From: Eutreptiella sp. 'Long Island Sound 2002'
Taxonomy: Eukaryota; Protista; Euglenida
Assembly (NCBI GenBank): GCA_964036045.1
Contig: OZ038379.1
Coordinates: 21,204,001 to 21,268,000, forward strand
Length of the DNA: 64,000 nucleotides
Direction: 5' to 3'
Shown here: positions 1 through 12,900 of the stretch, piece by piece
Layout: each line of letters opens with the position of its first letter
Numbering within the stretch: the first letter of the stretch is position 1
The notes under the pieces: generated by a model
Told to the model about the DNA's origin: nothing
Databases searched by the model: none
Seen by the model: only the letters and a program-made list of their open reading frames with translations
Position numbers and translations under genes: made by a program

Positions 1-284
1 CCAAGTCATATCGGTTTTGGAGTTTTTCTGGACCATGATCTACTTGCCATGTTGCGTGTAAAGCCTATGGCACAGCGATTCTCAAGCCTATTTCCTATTG
101 AAAAAAAATGCTCAGCCTACACTACCGGCGTGTTCATTTCATTCATCCTCTTTCAAGCCACTGATCCCAAGCAAGCCATTTGCTCCCTTGGCATATTTTC
201 AATTCAAGAGCCTCCTCATATGGAAATACGAGAGAAGTTGAAATTTTTCCGTGAATTTCACAAACAAATGACATCTCTTCGTAC

Positions 285-422
285 CTTTTTCATCCCAAGC
301 ACGGTGATGCCGCCAACATGGTACAATGCATGCCTCTCCGCCCCCAGGAGTGTCAACTTTTTGTGGGTTAAAGCTATCCCCGTGCGTACGTTTGGATTCC
401 AAAGTTGTGGGGCATCGGAGAG
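285..422 (-). CDS. Possible internal exon of an unidentified gene divergent from MKS1
   Basis: Minus strand gatccag| acceptor and aaaaag|gtacga donor bracket 138 nt, phase 0-0, LSDAPQLWNPNVRTGIALTHKKLTLLGAERHALYHVGGITVLGMKK. No family recognised and no partner exon found. Confidence 0.25.
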
Positions 423-941
423 CTGGATCATGCAATGCACAAATCACCCATTCTCCAATGGAGGGCTTGTGAATGCATGTAAAAATCCTTTGGCGAGCTA
501 CTTGTCGGCTTGCGGCTTCCTCGGATATTTTTGTGCCACGTTAGAGCACACTTTCTAGGGGGGCATGTACTACTCAAGCTAAAATCGCAACACACAAGCT
601 TGTGCGAAAAAGCAACTTTCCAACCGGTGCAATCCACCAAGACCAAAATTCCAAACCCCAAAATCAGTTGTGATCTATAGAGTCCCCCAAGAGCCAAAAG
701 TGCATAGTCGTTTCTTTGGTGGCCATGCTCGCTTTGAGCCGTGCTGTCCGAGTTGTTGCCCGGATTTCGGGGGCTTCGGGTGATGTCTCTCATGTATTGT
801 ATTGCTTCGACCTTGCATTAGCATTCTTATGCTCATGGACAACAACGAGCGCACGTTTTCTCCACCGGACACTCCCGCGCAACCGAGGGATGGCATTCTT
901 CGTAGTGTTGAGTTTGTTGAGGCCTAAATGGCGACCGTGTC

Positions 942-1212
942 ATGGAAACAAGCCCCGTAGTGCAATATTACTCAAAGGACCCAATTCAAAATTTGAAAGT
1001 GTATGTAAGACTAGAGAAGGCAGATCTATCCGAAGACCGACAACTAGATGCCAACTTGTGTGCACAAAGAGTGATCGGCTGGCAGCAAAAGTTGTTGTCC
1101 CCAAAAGAGGTGATCAAGGCTTACAAGGAGGGGCCTACATCGGACGTCAAGCAACTGCTCGTAGATGCCGCCAGGGTACGAAGAAGGTGCATCCATCGAT
1201 ACCCAATTCCAG
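942..1212 (+). CDS. MKS1: MKS1 exon 1
   Basis: ATG 942; YYSKDPIQNLKVYVRLE and VIGWQQKLLS; donor ag|gtttgt at 1213 is the only nearby donor in phase 1 with the 2178 acceptor. Confidence 0.8.
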
Positions 1213-4200
1213 GTTTGTGGACTCCGTGTTCTCGTGGTGGCGACCACCATCCGTGCTAAATTGAGGGAACTATGCACACAATGGGGATCCGCGATCCGTG
1301 GCAATTGGGGGGGGATTGGGAAGTTCCGGTCGAAAACGTCACGTTTTCACGTTGCATGGCAAGACGCTCTGTGCTGTGGTTGAGGTCAAAATAAGGCGTG
1401 ACCAAGTGTGTCGTGTTCAAGTTGTTCAATTCTTGCACTGCGTAAAATTCTTCGTTTTTGGAGAGCAATGGTTGTTGGCTTTTTTGTTGCGAAGAGCACG
1501 TGGTGAATCTTTGTGTGCTTTGTTGCAAGTGACATCACCGAGTGCGCTTTGAATTTGGAAGAACACATGGCGGATCGTGTCCTCACGCTGGATCGTGTCC
1601 TCAAGCTGTTTTTGGGTGGATTTTGTGGTGTTCAAATTTCAACCCTGAAACAACTCGGCACAAGCGGTGGTTTCGTAGGTTGGATCCGCGGGAGGGCTCG
1701 GCTTGCCCCGATCCGCGCGCGCGACGGATGAGAGCGCTTTGTCCGCTCTCTTGGAGGTAAGGAGGGTATTACGGTGTATGTGAGCTAGCGTAAGCTCACG
1801 TCGACTGACGCGGTTCCGTCGGGCCTCGCTTATTTGGACACTAGCCCAAAAAGTTCGTGGCCGTGACGTGCTCTCGCTCCGTAGGGAAGTGGTGGTGGGT
1901 GGTGGAGCGCGAACATCAACACGCAGTCAAAAACGACTGCGCGCATGTCGGTTCCTTGGCGCATGGTCTTTGAAAAAAGGGGCAAGGAAAAATCCTTGGA
2001 CCGATGGCATACGGGTTGCATCCTTGGTATCATTCCCACTTGTTTGAGCTATGTCAAATGATGGAATCTTGTGGGGGTTTTCCGTGGAGCAACCATAACG
2101 TAAGCCTCCACAACGGTCCACGAAACCCGAGAACCAGTTGCCCCCTTTGGCTTCCGGTGCTATCCATGTGCTTTTAGTTGAAGAACCTCGTCCCGATCCC
2201 CATACGCCAACGGCGCCAACCGCGTCAGTGGGTGAGGCCGACCCGCAACGTTTGCCGCGGCCACGTGAGGACTTGCAAGTCAACCAACCGGGCGCCGCAA
2301 CCACCGCCACCGAGGAGGATGAGAGCCCCCTATCAGAGAGTGAGGAGACTTTGGCATTGATGGATGTGCTGCACGCAGCCTCGGTCTTCACATACTTGGG
2401 GCCAAAGGATCCTGCGGAGGTTGCACCCGCATCTTTGGGCTCAACGCACTTCGTGAGAGATTTCTTATTAAAGGTTGCATTAAAGGCACCGGTTGGCACC
2501 ATCCGATGTAATTGGATACCTAGCCATGGAGGGGGGGGGGGGCTTGTGCTGTGTCGTGTCATGGGGCCGCCACTTGGGCTGTGTCTTGGCACGGTGTGCA
2601 ATGGTTCGTGTACTAGGATGAGTGGCACTTGTGTCACCTGTATCACCTGTGCCGGCTGTGCCACCATGACACGGAGGGAAGGGGGTCATCGGGTGTGCCG
2701 GGACACGTGTCGTGACATGGGTAAGCTCCATTGCTCCTCAGCTTTGATTTTGCAATGTGGCTGCTCATGGATGTACATGAAGTCACGTTATGATCCACCA
2801 TGGTGACCCAAACCCGTCCCAAGACCGATTTTTCGGGAGATTGACAACCCTAACGGCTAAGACCCATGGGGCTCATAGGGGCCGGTGTAAGTGACACGGA
2901 GATACGATGCGAGACCCCCACCACTGGACACTTTGTAGACATCACTTTTTCTTTTTAGACCTTATCACAACCCGTCGCTGTCTCACAAGTCGCTGGGGGG
3001 TTAGACGACCGTGTTGAGCTGGCGGCCGTGCCCGCGAGCGCGATTGCAGCCCATAACGCAGTGCCGCAGACGATGCGTGTGATGGCCGCGTTAGGGAACC
3101 CCGAGGTGTGCTCTGTTGTGCCGGACTGCGTGGGGGCCACCCGCCGCGGCACCCACGTAGTCCGAAGATTCTCGAGCGCTCGGTGCGACGGTTATCCAAT
3201 CACATCCAATCTCTTCAGAATCTCTTATGATCACATCTGATCATATCCGATCATATCCGATCACATCCGGTCATATCATATCTTATCATATTTTGATCGT
3301 CCTAATTGCACCTCACCACATCCACGTTGCACGTCGACTGCTGTTGCTGTGAGTACATTGTATTTCAGGGGCTGCAATGGGACGGAGTGGAGAGGACTCT
3401 CTGCACTGTGCAGGCGTATGCGGATGGTACTTTCACTATGCAGCCCGCCCTTTCTGGAGAGGTCTTGGGCCCCCCCGTGGGCCCGAATGGTACCGTCGAC
3501 CCTACAGCACTTGAGTTCGTGTCCCCACAGGTCACTTCTTCTCCGAATCTCCATGTCGCATACGGGGAGTGCCGCATGCGAAGTGTCCAGTCAAAACATC
3601 TGGGGGGCGAATTCCAAAACACCTTGCGGAAGCAATTCCGTGCTGTTTGCTCAGAGCGTATTGTGCTGGCCCGTCTGGCTGGCCCTGCACATGCCCCCCC
3701 AGGGAAGGCCCTCCAACTCTGGGGGGTCGCCTCCCCAAGTAAATGGAACCAAGCTCAGGGTGGGCCACACCCCCACCAGCAACACCGGGCAAGCCTGGAA
3801 ATGCACCAGTACGAAGCGCAGACACAAATCGGCAGAGTCCACCGCAAATTAGCCGCCGAAAGCTTTGCGAACTCTGCAGACGGTGGACAAATGGGGCACC
3901 CATGACATCCAGGGGTTCACTGAAGTGGGGGCGGGCGGGTTGTTGCTTATGCAACTGCCTGTGTCACCTCGTGTAGCAAGGTCGTATGTGTCCAGGAGAC
4001 GTGGGTGGGGGGTCGCCGTTGCGCATACTTCCCCCATGGCGTCCACTCCCCTGCCGGCAAGCTTCACACGCAGTCAATCCCACGGCATAGGGCCGAGGTT
4101 CCGGATCACCAGGTGTGTCTTGTCCTGTCCTGCTGGTGTCAATATGTCCCCAGTCCCCGTGCTGTTTACAACCCCCATTTCGCATTTCGCGTTGCACCAG

Positions 4201-7200
4201 TTCACCCCAGTCTTTCCACTGCAGGCGTCGGAGGGCAGCATGCCAGGCCTTGATCACACCCAATTGAAACGGCACAAGCTTGTGGTGCAGAAAAGTGGGA
4301 CGCAGAGTGTCACACACTACTGGTACACCGTCGCCATTTATCACACCAACAGCCCCGGAGATGATGGTATGCACAAGCCCATGCGGGGGAGCAGGGCTGG
4401 GTTTGATGAGGGATGTCGGTGCGGTTGGGATGGCGTGGGACCTGGGGCGGCAGGCAGATGCGGAGGTTGGCCATCCGCGGTGTAAAGGCCTGGCGGCAGG
4501 AGATTTTCATCCTCATGCGCAAAGCCCCTCCAATTTCATGAACGTGTCACCTTCGTGTTGAACGTGTGGGCAGCATGCGGCGTGCAGGGTAAGCCATACA
4601 GCCGGATGATGGTTCCAGCATGCAGCCCAGGATGCCAGAACCACCCGACGCCACCTTCTGACCACAGCGGACAGACCAGGGACCGGAATAGTTCCGTATC
4701 CTAAATTCCATTGTGTGTGTCGTGCAGCTGCCTGAGGTTCGGTGGGTGTCGAAAGGGGCCCGCGTTCGTTGGTTTGAGGCTCATACCGAATGGACACACG
4801 GTGCATTCGGGACAGCGGTGCGAAAACGAGCACGCCGTTGGGGACCGCCTGCATTTGACTCGCTCCACCTTTCGGCCACCCAAGGAGACAGATTCTCCCT
4901 GACGCATGGCTGATGTTCGATGACCACCGTGTGGGCACAGGCTTTGTGCGACTAAGTGGAGCCGTTGCACTTCTTCACGGCGCAGTTAAAGAGTAAGCGC
5001 CAGACGTGGTTCATTTGTGCTGCTCATTGATCTTGTTTCGGTGCAATCGAAATTTTGCAGATGAATTACGTGCTCCGAGTCATTAAGTGCCGTTGCTCGT
5101 CGTTGTTTCACGCAGTTCGAGTGCTCTTTGCAGTGTGTCTTCCTATTGTCCATGTTCTGCATGCGCGCACGTGGTAGATCGCACCTGCTTGTCCCTGGCA
5201 TATTTTCGGTGCGTTGTCAGATGCATGACGGCCTCTCAGTTGTGAGAGCTTTGCCTCATCATCCATGCGTTTTCGTCGTGCCATTCTCCACATGTAATGA
5301 ATCGGTTTGAAGCCGTATTCAGCGCGGCGTTGGGCCCACTTGTAGACGTTCCACCTTCTCTCCACAAACATATTATCCTTGTCTGCAGACGAGACGCCGG
5401 ATGCGAATGACGCTGCGTCCCCGGATCGGATTGGACAGGAGGACAAATTCCGCAGGCTGCTGATGTCTTTCGTCGGGTCTGGGAGATCCTTTACCTCTAC
5501 ACCCACCGGAATGATGGTTGTCACGAAGCCGGAAAATCAGGTGCACGTGGTATTGACATCAGTGAGGAGGTCTGGACGCGGAGTGCACAAGGGCAGTGGG
5601 TCAAGCTGAGGTCGAGTGAAAAGCAGTCGAAGGCTGGTGATGGGGGGTTGCAGGGGAGAGCAGTCTGTGCGCTCTGTTCATCCTGCCATTTCCTCATGAC
5701 ACCCCTACCCACCAAATGACAATTTTTCGGGGTTTTGTGGCTGGTCAATAAAGGAGGCTCAGCACAACACCAGCAGCATGAGACATCCTCATGACCGACT
5801 CGTGGTGACCTCCTGGTGGACTACTCTCTGCTCGATGTTGCATGCCATTTGCAGGTTCTTTTCGCTTAGCTCTCGATGGACCGTACGCCCTAAGTTTCCA
5901 AAGCTCCATTGGCCTGTGCTTCTGTTGGCGCCTACTTCAGTGCCCAGTACCAAGTGCGCCCCGCATTTGCATCCGCCTCTACCACTGATTGGCCTTCCTG
6001 TCTTCTTGTAGCTCCTCTTTCAGCTTGGACCTTATTGTTTTAGGAGAGGTATCACTGGTTTGGCGAAGTTATGCTGGTAAGAGACTTGCACACTCCCAAC
6101 GTCGTGGTGAAGTACACGGTGGACTTGCCAGGCAATTGGGCCGTTGACGATCCCACCAACCTCAAGACGCAGACAGAGTCACTTCTTGGCAGTACCTCCC
6201 AATGTGCCCGGAAGAGGAATTACCGCAGGCCAGACGGGTTGATGATTCCACAGCATCACGTAGGTTTCCCACCCCCTCAAGTGGCTCGATTGCATTAGAT
6301 ATGGGATGAGACTGTGCATTGTTGTGGGCCCAGGCTTGTGTTGCCCGCAGCATTGCAAGACTGGGAATTTTGTCGTGGTAGACCTGACCTATTTTGCCCT
6401 TTTGCCCGGCAAACTGGTAAATTTTCCTTCAATTACGCGGTTGCTTGCCAATCGTTGGGGGCTGGACAAACCGCGCAAGCAACTGGGCATTGGCGTTTGG
6501 CCCCTTGTGAATTGGGGTGCTCGTCCTTGCTGACCGAAGTAGTTTGTAGGGAACGATAGCTTGAAGGGGGTGGGGGGTGGAACCCGTCTCCCTCCGGCTG
6601 CAACCGCTCCCGGACGCCCCGGAGTTCCCTCCAACCGTTTGCAACCACCTGGATTTGCCCCAAACCGCTTTTCAAACGGCCAAATACCGCTTGGGTCTTG
6701 AGAACCCCTTATTGGCCTCCCTTCGATTAACAAGGGCATTGCTGTCCTCGGACGATCTGTCGTTATAACACGTTCTTGTCTGCAGTCTGCATGCCTTGCT
6801 CCATTCGTGTAAGCTTGGGGAAGTGAAATATGCAGCGAAGAGCAGTTGCTTGTTATTGGGCGTCACCTCAGCGTATGTATCAGCACAAGGTCAGGACCGC
6901 AACCTTTTGCAACTTCTTGCGCAGGCCTGCCATTTGAAGTTCACCTTTTGACCAAACCTCTGTCCACGGCGTGCAATCCCCACCCCGTTCTCTATCTCGA
7001 AGTGTACACGGAACATGAATACCGACATGCGACCCTTGAGGGCTATGGATGGCTGCCTCTGCTGCCACATCCTGGCAGTCGCGAAGTGGAGGTCCCGTTG
7101 TGGCGACCAACACCCACTCTGCATGACCAGCTATCCAGCTTCTTTTTAGGTATGTTGCATCTCTTCCTGTTCGCTATTGGCTCCGAGCGGGTGTCCATCT

Positions 7201-10200
7201 GTCTGTGGTGCCCGACGTCTCTGCGCGGACCTTGCTGGTCAAATCGACGCACGTTAGTTCGTCATTAGCGAGCGTCGTCAAAGAGCGCAGCCTGGCGGGC
7301 TGCCGCTCGCCACTCCACCCGACGGAACGCTCGCCCCTCCCCACAAGCCCAGACTCTGCCCACATGAATGCACGGTGTGTCCTGCCAAAATCCAGGCACA
7401 TCAATGTGGTGCATGAGGGCGCCAGCAAGGTTTTTGTGTTGTTGGCTGACCATGCAGGAGTGCAACGGACCAGCACGCAATGGACAACCCCGTCAGGAAA
7501 TGAATGCTGTGGGCCGCACCCACTCGGAACGCATTTTGCCGTCTGGACCGGCCCGAAATATGTAATCGAAGTCCACGTCTACACTGCGCCACACCGTCGC
7601 CGTAGCACCCCCCAAGCGGCGTGCGCGCGGGGGGGTCTAATCCATCCATGAAACGGGTTTTCCACTGACAATATGACGGGCGGCAAGGTCGAGACGCCCC
7701 CTCTGGAGCCTAGCCTAAACCTTGGAAATATCAACACTTCGCCTTCAGCAGTCAAAAATATGGCTTCGGGATCCCGCATGACCCACACCTCTTCAAATAA
7801 CCCCCCCCCCTCTAGGGGACAACAATTTTGAGCAATCCGGCTGAAAAGTTGAGGTCAAATTATTCAGGGTGGATTTTCCCCATCATCAAAAAAGGGGAGG
7901 GTCCCCTCGCCCTGTGGCTCCTCAAATTCCATCCGGTGGAATGCTCGTATATGGATTGTGGGGGGGGGGGGGGGGAATGCATTAAGTATTAAGTATTAAA
8001 TAAGCAAGCAAGCTTGCAAACAACAACAACAAGCAACAGCAACACATGTCTTTTCCGTTTTGTTCATACCATACACATGCCATCGCTTCCGGCTCTACCC
8101 TACTCGGCAGCCTGGGGTGTGGGCCCCTATTTGGGAGGTGCCCTCCCGAATCTGCACAGCTAAAAACGGCCATTTTCCGCCCAAAACAGCCCAAACCCGT
8201 TCAAGACACGAAGAAAAACAATGCGACTCGCTAGTTTGCTTGTGTGAAGAGTTCTTTTCTGGCACCCACCTCCACAGGGTCTGAGAAATGGCCCAAAGAT
8301 GCCCAAGTTGACCCGAAATCTGCAGAGTTTGGCGCAAACAGCACCAAACCAAGAATGGACCGCATCTTGGGCTATGTAGCTCAAAATCCGATGTCGAGGC
8401 CCCTAGTCCACCCGCAACCCCGTTCATTAGTTGCACATTTTTTGGGAATTAAAAACGATTGTGTCCTTGAATTATCCTTCCATAGAACCATCTGGATCTT
8501 GAGTAATCCCCCCCCCCCGCGAAAAAAATTTTAAGAACACTTGCATAACATTTTCCCCAATAATGTTTTTCTGAAAATTCTGTAGCTTGCACGCATCCTG
8601 AGAGTTGGGAATCACTAGAAATCCTGAAAACAGAGGGAGGACTAAACAACAAAACTTCATGCGTATGTTTTCCCCTTGGGACTCTTACCCCACCAATTTT
8701 GGCCTTCCCTACAAGACCCATGTACTAAGGCGTGCTAGCACCTACTAGAGCAACGCACAAAACCCAAACCTGCCGGGGCCAAAAGGGTCCAACGGGGCTC
8801 TCTGGGAGCTCAAAACTGTCATTTCTCAATTTTTTTTTCCAGATGTTGCGTTTGGGGCCCAAACTCTGGATTTGGGAAGGGTACATGTGAATGCAAAACA
8901 TGGCTGAGTAGGGTAGAGCCAAAGCGTTGGAACAGAGAAAGGAAACGTCCTGTTGCTGTTTTTGTCGTTGTTTGTTGTTGGTAGCTGGATTTAAGGGGAG
9001 AGGGGCACAGTAACATTACAATCTCCAATCCACACTCTTCTCCCCACCCCATGCGGTGCCATGGAGATGGCGTGGCTATGTGCCTTTGGCCAAAGATGTG
9101 TCAAGGCATGGGCCAAAATGGGTTAAAACAGGCTCTAAATAGGCCAAAAATACGTGCTTGAGGATCCCAAGTGCCAAATATCCCTTTCGGAAAATGCATT
9201 TTTAGATGGCTTTTTGGATGTGTATTGGTCCCATACCGGTAGTGACCGATTTTCAAGGGTTTTGGGGATTTTCAGAGGGCCAAAAACGAGTCACAATGAG
9301 CTCAAAACAGGCTGAAAACACTTGTTTGACCATCTTAGTTATGAGGTTTGTTTCCTCGACGGTATGCAATAAACCCAATTTCTGTAACCTTCCTTGTTTG
9401 CTTGCGACGCACCTGCGGCACACAGAAAGAAATGACCAAAAAAAAAGGCACCAAAATTGGCCCAGAATCTATGCAATTTTGGCTGCCAGCCCCAAAACCA
9501 AGAAGATGCCGTATCTCGGGCCACATGGCTTGAAAATTTTTTTGAGGGCACCTAGTCCAGCCGAAACCCCCTTCTTGTGGTTTCCCACCCTCCAAATTGC
9601 CCAAACAGATGCCCAGACCCCCATCCCCGTGCACACTTGGTTCCAGCGAGCAGCTCGCTTGAATCCAAACTAGTTGGGGTCAAAATGGGTCCAACGGGCC
9701 CACCAGTGGTTTAAAAAAAAAAACTCTTTCCAAAAATGATCCTGGACCAATTGGGATGTTTGAGCCCGTTTGGGCTTGTCATGGCCTCAAAAAGTTGCCA
9801 AAAAACCTAAACTAGCCTTTGTTGAGGGTTTTCGGGACTTTTGATGGGCGCAAAATGGGCTCTATTCACTTGTTTAAAAAATCCCATGTGGTCTAGGATC
9901 ACTTATGAAAAAACGCACGTTTGACCCATTTTTGACCCACTTTTGGCCCCAAAATAGCCTTTTTGGCACCTTTGGAGGGCCATAACAAGCGCAAGCGAAC
10001 TCAAAACGGCCTCACACCACTTGTTTCAGCATCCCAATTGGTCTATGATCATCTCTAGAAAAAGCTTTTTTATGCCCTTGGTGGACCCAGTGGACCCATT
10101 TTGGCCCCAACTTGTGTTGAAGCTCACTGCTTGCTGAAGCCAAGTGGGCATGGGTTCAGGGGTCTAGACGTTCGTTTGGGTGATTTGGAGGGCCAGAAAC

Positions 10201-11034
10201 CACAAAAAAAATGGGTATTGCGGGTAGACTACCCCAGAATGCGATTGTGAGCCACATAGCCTGACATAGCCCAATACTCCAGAAGTAAAACATACATTTG
10301 AGCAATGAAATAAATACGGGCACTTTCATGGGTCTCATGTTGCACAGCAATGAACTCGCATGGTGCCATCTTTGACTGAAAAAGTCATGTAGTGTGAAAT
10401 GTGTGCCACTGTGCCCAGGGTTAGCCCCAACCTGCGAACGCCCATAAACAGGCAAAAGGCGGCTTTGCAGAAGGTCTGCTACCGTTTGTATGCGAGGTCA
10501 ACCAAAGGCAAGTGCAGACCTCTTTTACGTGTTCGAAATTATCACTGCATCAGATTTTCATGCTCCAAACCTTGTCAGCTATTATTATGGGAGAGGGGTG
10601 TAGTAACATGTATGCATGCACACACGTGTGCATGTTTATGTCTGCACATGTCTGCTTCGCCGCTGATGTCTGTACCTGTCATTCGCTGTTTTTCAGGAGG
10701 AAGTCCAGAGCTGGAGGATCTTCGGGACATTGCTCGTCCAGCAGATGCCAATGTATCCTTTATCAACAAACACGGCTGTCAAACGGTGTCGGGAGGTGAG
10801 GTCGTGGTGCGCGTGAACTGTGTGGCGCAGCGACACGTCACCGCCGGTGACAAGCACACCATAGCATCTTCCCGAAGTGCCCTCAGGGCCCGCAAAGAGG
10901 CCAATACCAGCAGCCACAGCCACAGAAATGACACATTGGAGTCCCAGCGGCTGCATGGCACTGCGCGCCGACGGCACAGAGCGTTGCAGGAGGAGCAGGG
11001 GGCTGGGGCTGTTGCTGGGGCTGCTCCGGATTGA
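942..11034 (+). CDS. MKS1: Meckel syndrome type 1 protein homolog (B9-C2 domain, ciliary transition zone); 9 exons, 1953 nt, 650 aa
   Basis: Exons 942-1212, 2178-2473, 2959-3105, 3369-3530, 4225-4366, 5389-5540, 6044-6263, 6925-7149, 10697-11034. All introns are GT-AG, phases are 1,0,0,0,1,0,1,1, and the total is divisible by 3. Motifs collinear with MKS1 as recalled: YYSKDPIQNLKVYVRL, VIGWQQKLLS, FTY, QTMRVMAALG, LCTVQAYADG, FGEV..VVVKYTVDLPGNW, GLPFE, PVLYLEV..LEGYGWLPL..PGSREVEVPLWRP, FFLGGSPELED, NKHGCQTVSGGEVVVRVNC, ARRR. Confidence 0.9.
2178..2473 (+). CDS. MKS1: MKS1 exon 2
   Basis: cttttag acceptor, aag|gttgca donor; Pro/acidic insert followed by SVFTYLGPKD and HFVRD. Confidence 0.75.
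2959..3105 (+). CDS. MKS1: MKS1 exon 3
   Basis: ttttctttttag acceptor, gag|gtgtgc donor; HNAVPQTMRVMAALGNPE matches the MKS1 QTMHIMADLG motif. Confidence 0.85.
3228..3275 (+). repeat. Decamer tandem repeat (gatcatatcc)n
   Basis: gatcacatct-gatcatatcc-gatcatatcc-gatcacatcc-ggtcatatc in MKS1 intron 3. Confidence 0.8.
3369..3530 (+). CDS. MKS1: MKS1 exon 4
   Basis: tatttcag acceptor, cag|gtcact donor; ERTLCTVQAYADGTFTMQP matches EHVLCTLKVDSNGVITVKP. Confidence 0.85.
4225..4366 (+). CDS. MKS1: MKS1 exon 5
   Basis: tttccactgcag acceptor, g|gtatgc donor; HYWYTV aligns with the WKYTI region; phases 0 and 1 fit both neighbours. Confidence 0.75.
5389..5540 (+). CDS. MKS1: MKS1 exon 6
   Basis: ccttgtctgcag acceptor, cag|gtgcac donor; RLLMSFVGSGRSF aligns with YLSSLVGTDF. 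Confidence 0.8.
6044..6263 (+). CDS. MKS1: MKS1 exon 7 (start of B9 domain)
   Basis: ttgttttag acceptor, tag|gtttcc donor; WFGEVMLVRDLHTPNVVVKYTVDLPGNW...LLGSTSQC. Confidence 0.88.
6925..7149 (+). CDS. MKS1: MKS1 exon 8 (B9 core)
   Basis: ttcttgcgcag acceptor, g|gtatgt donor; PVLYLEVY..LEGYGWLPL..PGSREVEVPLWRP..LSSFFLG. Confidence 0.92.
8020..10330. mobile_element. Degenerate pieces of the abundant ttttggcccc/aaaatgggtcaaaa repeat family inside MKS1 intron 8
   Basis: Shares (gcaa)n, gggctatgtagctcaaaat, aaaaatgatcct and cccattttggcccc motifs with the 52.3-53.5 and 56.3-58.9 kb elements. Termini not found; boundaries approximate. Confidence 0.6.
10697..11034 (+). CDS. MKS1: MKS1 exon 9 (terminal)
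   Basis: tttttcag acceptor; GGSPELEDL...INKHGCQTVSGGEVVVRVNCVAQ...ARRRHRALQE; TGA at 11032-11034. Confidence 0.9.
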
Positions 11035-12634
11035 GGCTGAGACTGAGATCAAGATTGATGTATGGGCAATGGTAGGCTGAGGTTTCGGCTGCAGATAAGG
11101 CAGGAGACAACATCTTTTGAACTGGTTCAGGGTGGATTCTCTTGGATCCCCTGAGCGTCGTGAGATACGTCGATGTGTATGAACAACCAACGGCTACAGT
11201 CCATCGACGCAGCGGCTGTGTGGCACTACAGCACAATAACAGAGTGCAAGTCGCAGTGTACAAATTGCGGGTGAGGTTAATTGCAGATCATGGTTCACAA
11301 TAATCTGGGCTTTCGTAGAAGCTGTTTCCATGTTAGCCCTTACTTGCCGCAAGGGAGCCACTTTTTACGGTCAGCAAACGTTCCCTCCAATAGCAGATTC
11401 TTACGAAAAGAGGGGGCAATTTGCGGGAGGAGCGTCTGGCATTGAGATGGAAACGGGCTGAAATTACACATCCGCTCAGAGATATGGGGGCACCACAAGG
11501 GGGGGAATTTGTGTTGTGCTTCCCTGCCTTCCAAGCCGCAAATAGGGGCTCCGAGGGTGGAGCTGCCATTCGCCGCTTGCGCCTCCTGTGCGGTTGTCGG
11601 AAGCATTCTCACAATATCACGTCAACCTTTTCTTTGCCGGATTTGCCGGTGTGGAGGGGGAGAAGTGTTCGTGGGTTGGCTTTTCCGGTGCCTGCCCTCA
11701 GAGCTCCCCAAAGAAGGGTCAGGGTTCAAGGCTCTGAGCTGCCCCTCTTGACCTTTCAAACTTCACAGTCGTTGGGCATACACTGTTTGGCATTTGGAAC
11801 GTTACCAACGGAAGCAGCCCTGGTAGCAGGAGGCACAGCTGAACAGACCATTTGCATGGTACGTAGCCCAATATTGATCGAATCCCGAACCCTCATGCCC
11901 CAAAACATCGAACTCGGCCGCCGGCACCGATATGTGTTATATCCCCACCGCCAAGAACATGTATGGTCATAAGGCAAACCATGAGCACTCTCCATAGAGA
12001 GGCAGGGGAGCGCGGACGCTAGAAGGCTGCGTAGATGAGCGCTAATGCAAACCATTTCTTCTCCCCCCCCCCCCTCTCGTTGCTCCAATGTGTTGGTATG
12101 TTGGTATTCCTAGTGTTTGTGATATGCATCGTGGTTGCCACAGGGTCTTCTGCCCGGTTGTTATCTTCGGAGATCTTGCATTGGTACATGGTGGGTGATG
12201 GAACATGGAACATTTACCGCTGCCTGACCTTGACCCCCGAGTTACAGGCATGCCACTAAACTGGATCATCGCACCACAAGTGCCATCACCGTTGCCCGTG
12301 CCACTTCCACTGTCACTGCCACCATCAGCAGCCCTACCACTGCCACTGCACCGTTCCTGCTATTAACAGTACCACTGCCACTGCTGCTGCCATTACTAGG
12401 AAGTGGCCTGGGAGAGAAAAGTCTCATGTGATGTGAGCCATGCCCCCCCCCCCCCCCCACGACTCTCAAGATATCAATGCCCAAATCACGCCCTCAACAA
12501 CAATGGCAAAACACTTTGGTTTCGAAGCAATGAGGTGTAAATAAAAAGAAAGGCTCCTGAGTGTCCAGTAGATATGCGTTTCAGCACGAAATGTGCCCTC
12601 TTGAACCTAACGTCAACCATGTCTACAAAGATCA

Positions 12635-12900
12635 CGGGGGGCCGACCCCTCGGGTTTGGACGCGGACTATCCCCTCCACTAATTGTTGACCAAAGGCCCC
12701 CTGGGGGGGGGGGGGGCTGGTAGGTGGGGGGTCCGGGAGGGGCTATTGGGGGGGGGGGGTCCAGGAGGGGCGATAAAGGGGGGGGGGGGCTGCCTCCAGC
12801 CAAATTCTGGCATATGGGCCAAAATTCCTCGGGGGGAGGGTGGTGTACGTCTGCATTTGTCCTCTGAACCCTCGCCGCTGAACTTTTTGCCAACTAAGCC
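12635..12900 (-). repeat. G/C-tract dispersed repeat (ggccaacagttagt family)
   Basis: Reverse complement ccccagggggcctttggtcaacaattagtggaggggatagtccgcgtccaaacccgaggggtcggccccccgtg aligns with 53925-53995 and 52105-52145. Confidence 0.65.

Noticed and set aside
3531-3905. Open frame continuing past MKS1 exon 4
   Set aside because: MKS1 similarity resumes at 4225 and 5389, and the donor at 3531 fits the phase chain, so it is treated as intron read-through.
5108-5524. 138-aa antisense ORF in MKS1 intron 5/exon 6
   Set aside because: No motif recognised and it is partly the shadow of exon 6.
12557-12565. ctgagtgtc, matching part of the euglenid SL exon
   Set aside because: Only 9 nt; the flanking SL sequence and donor are absent.
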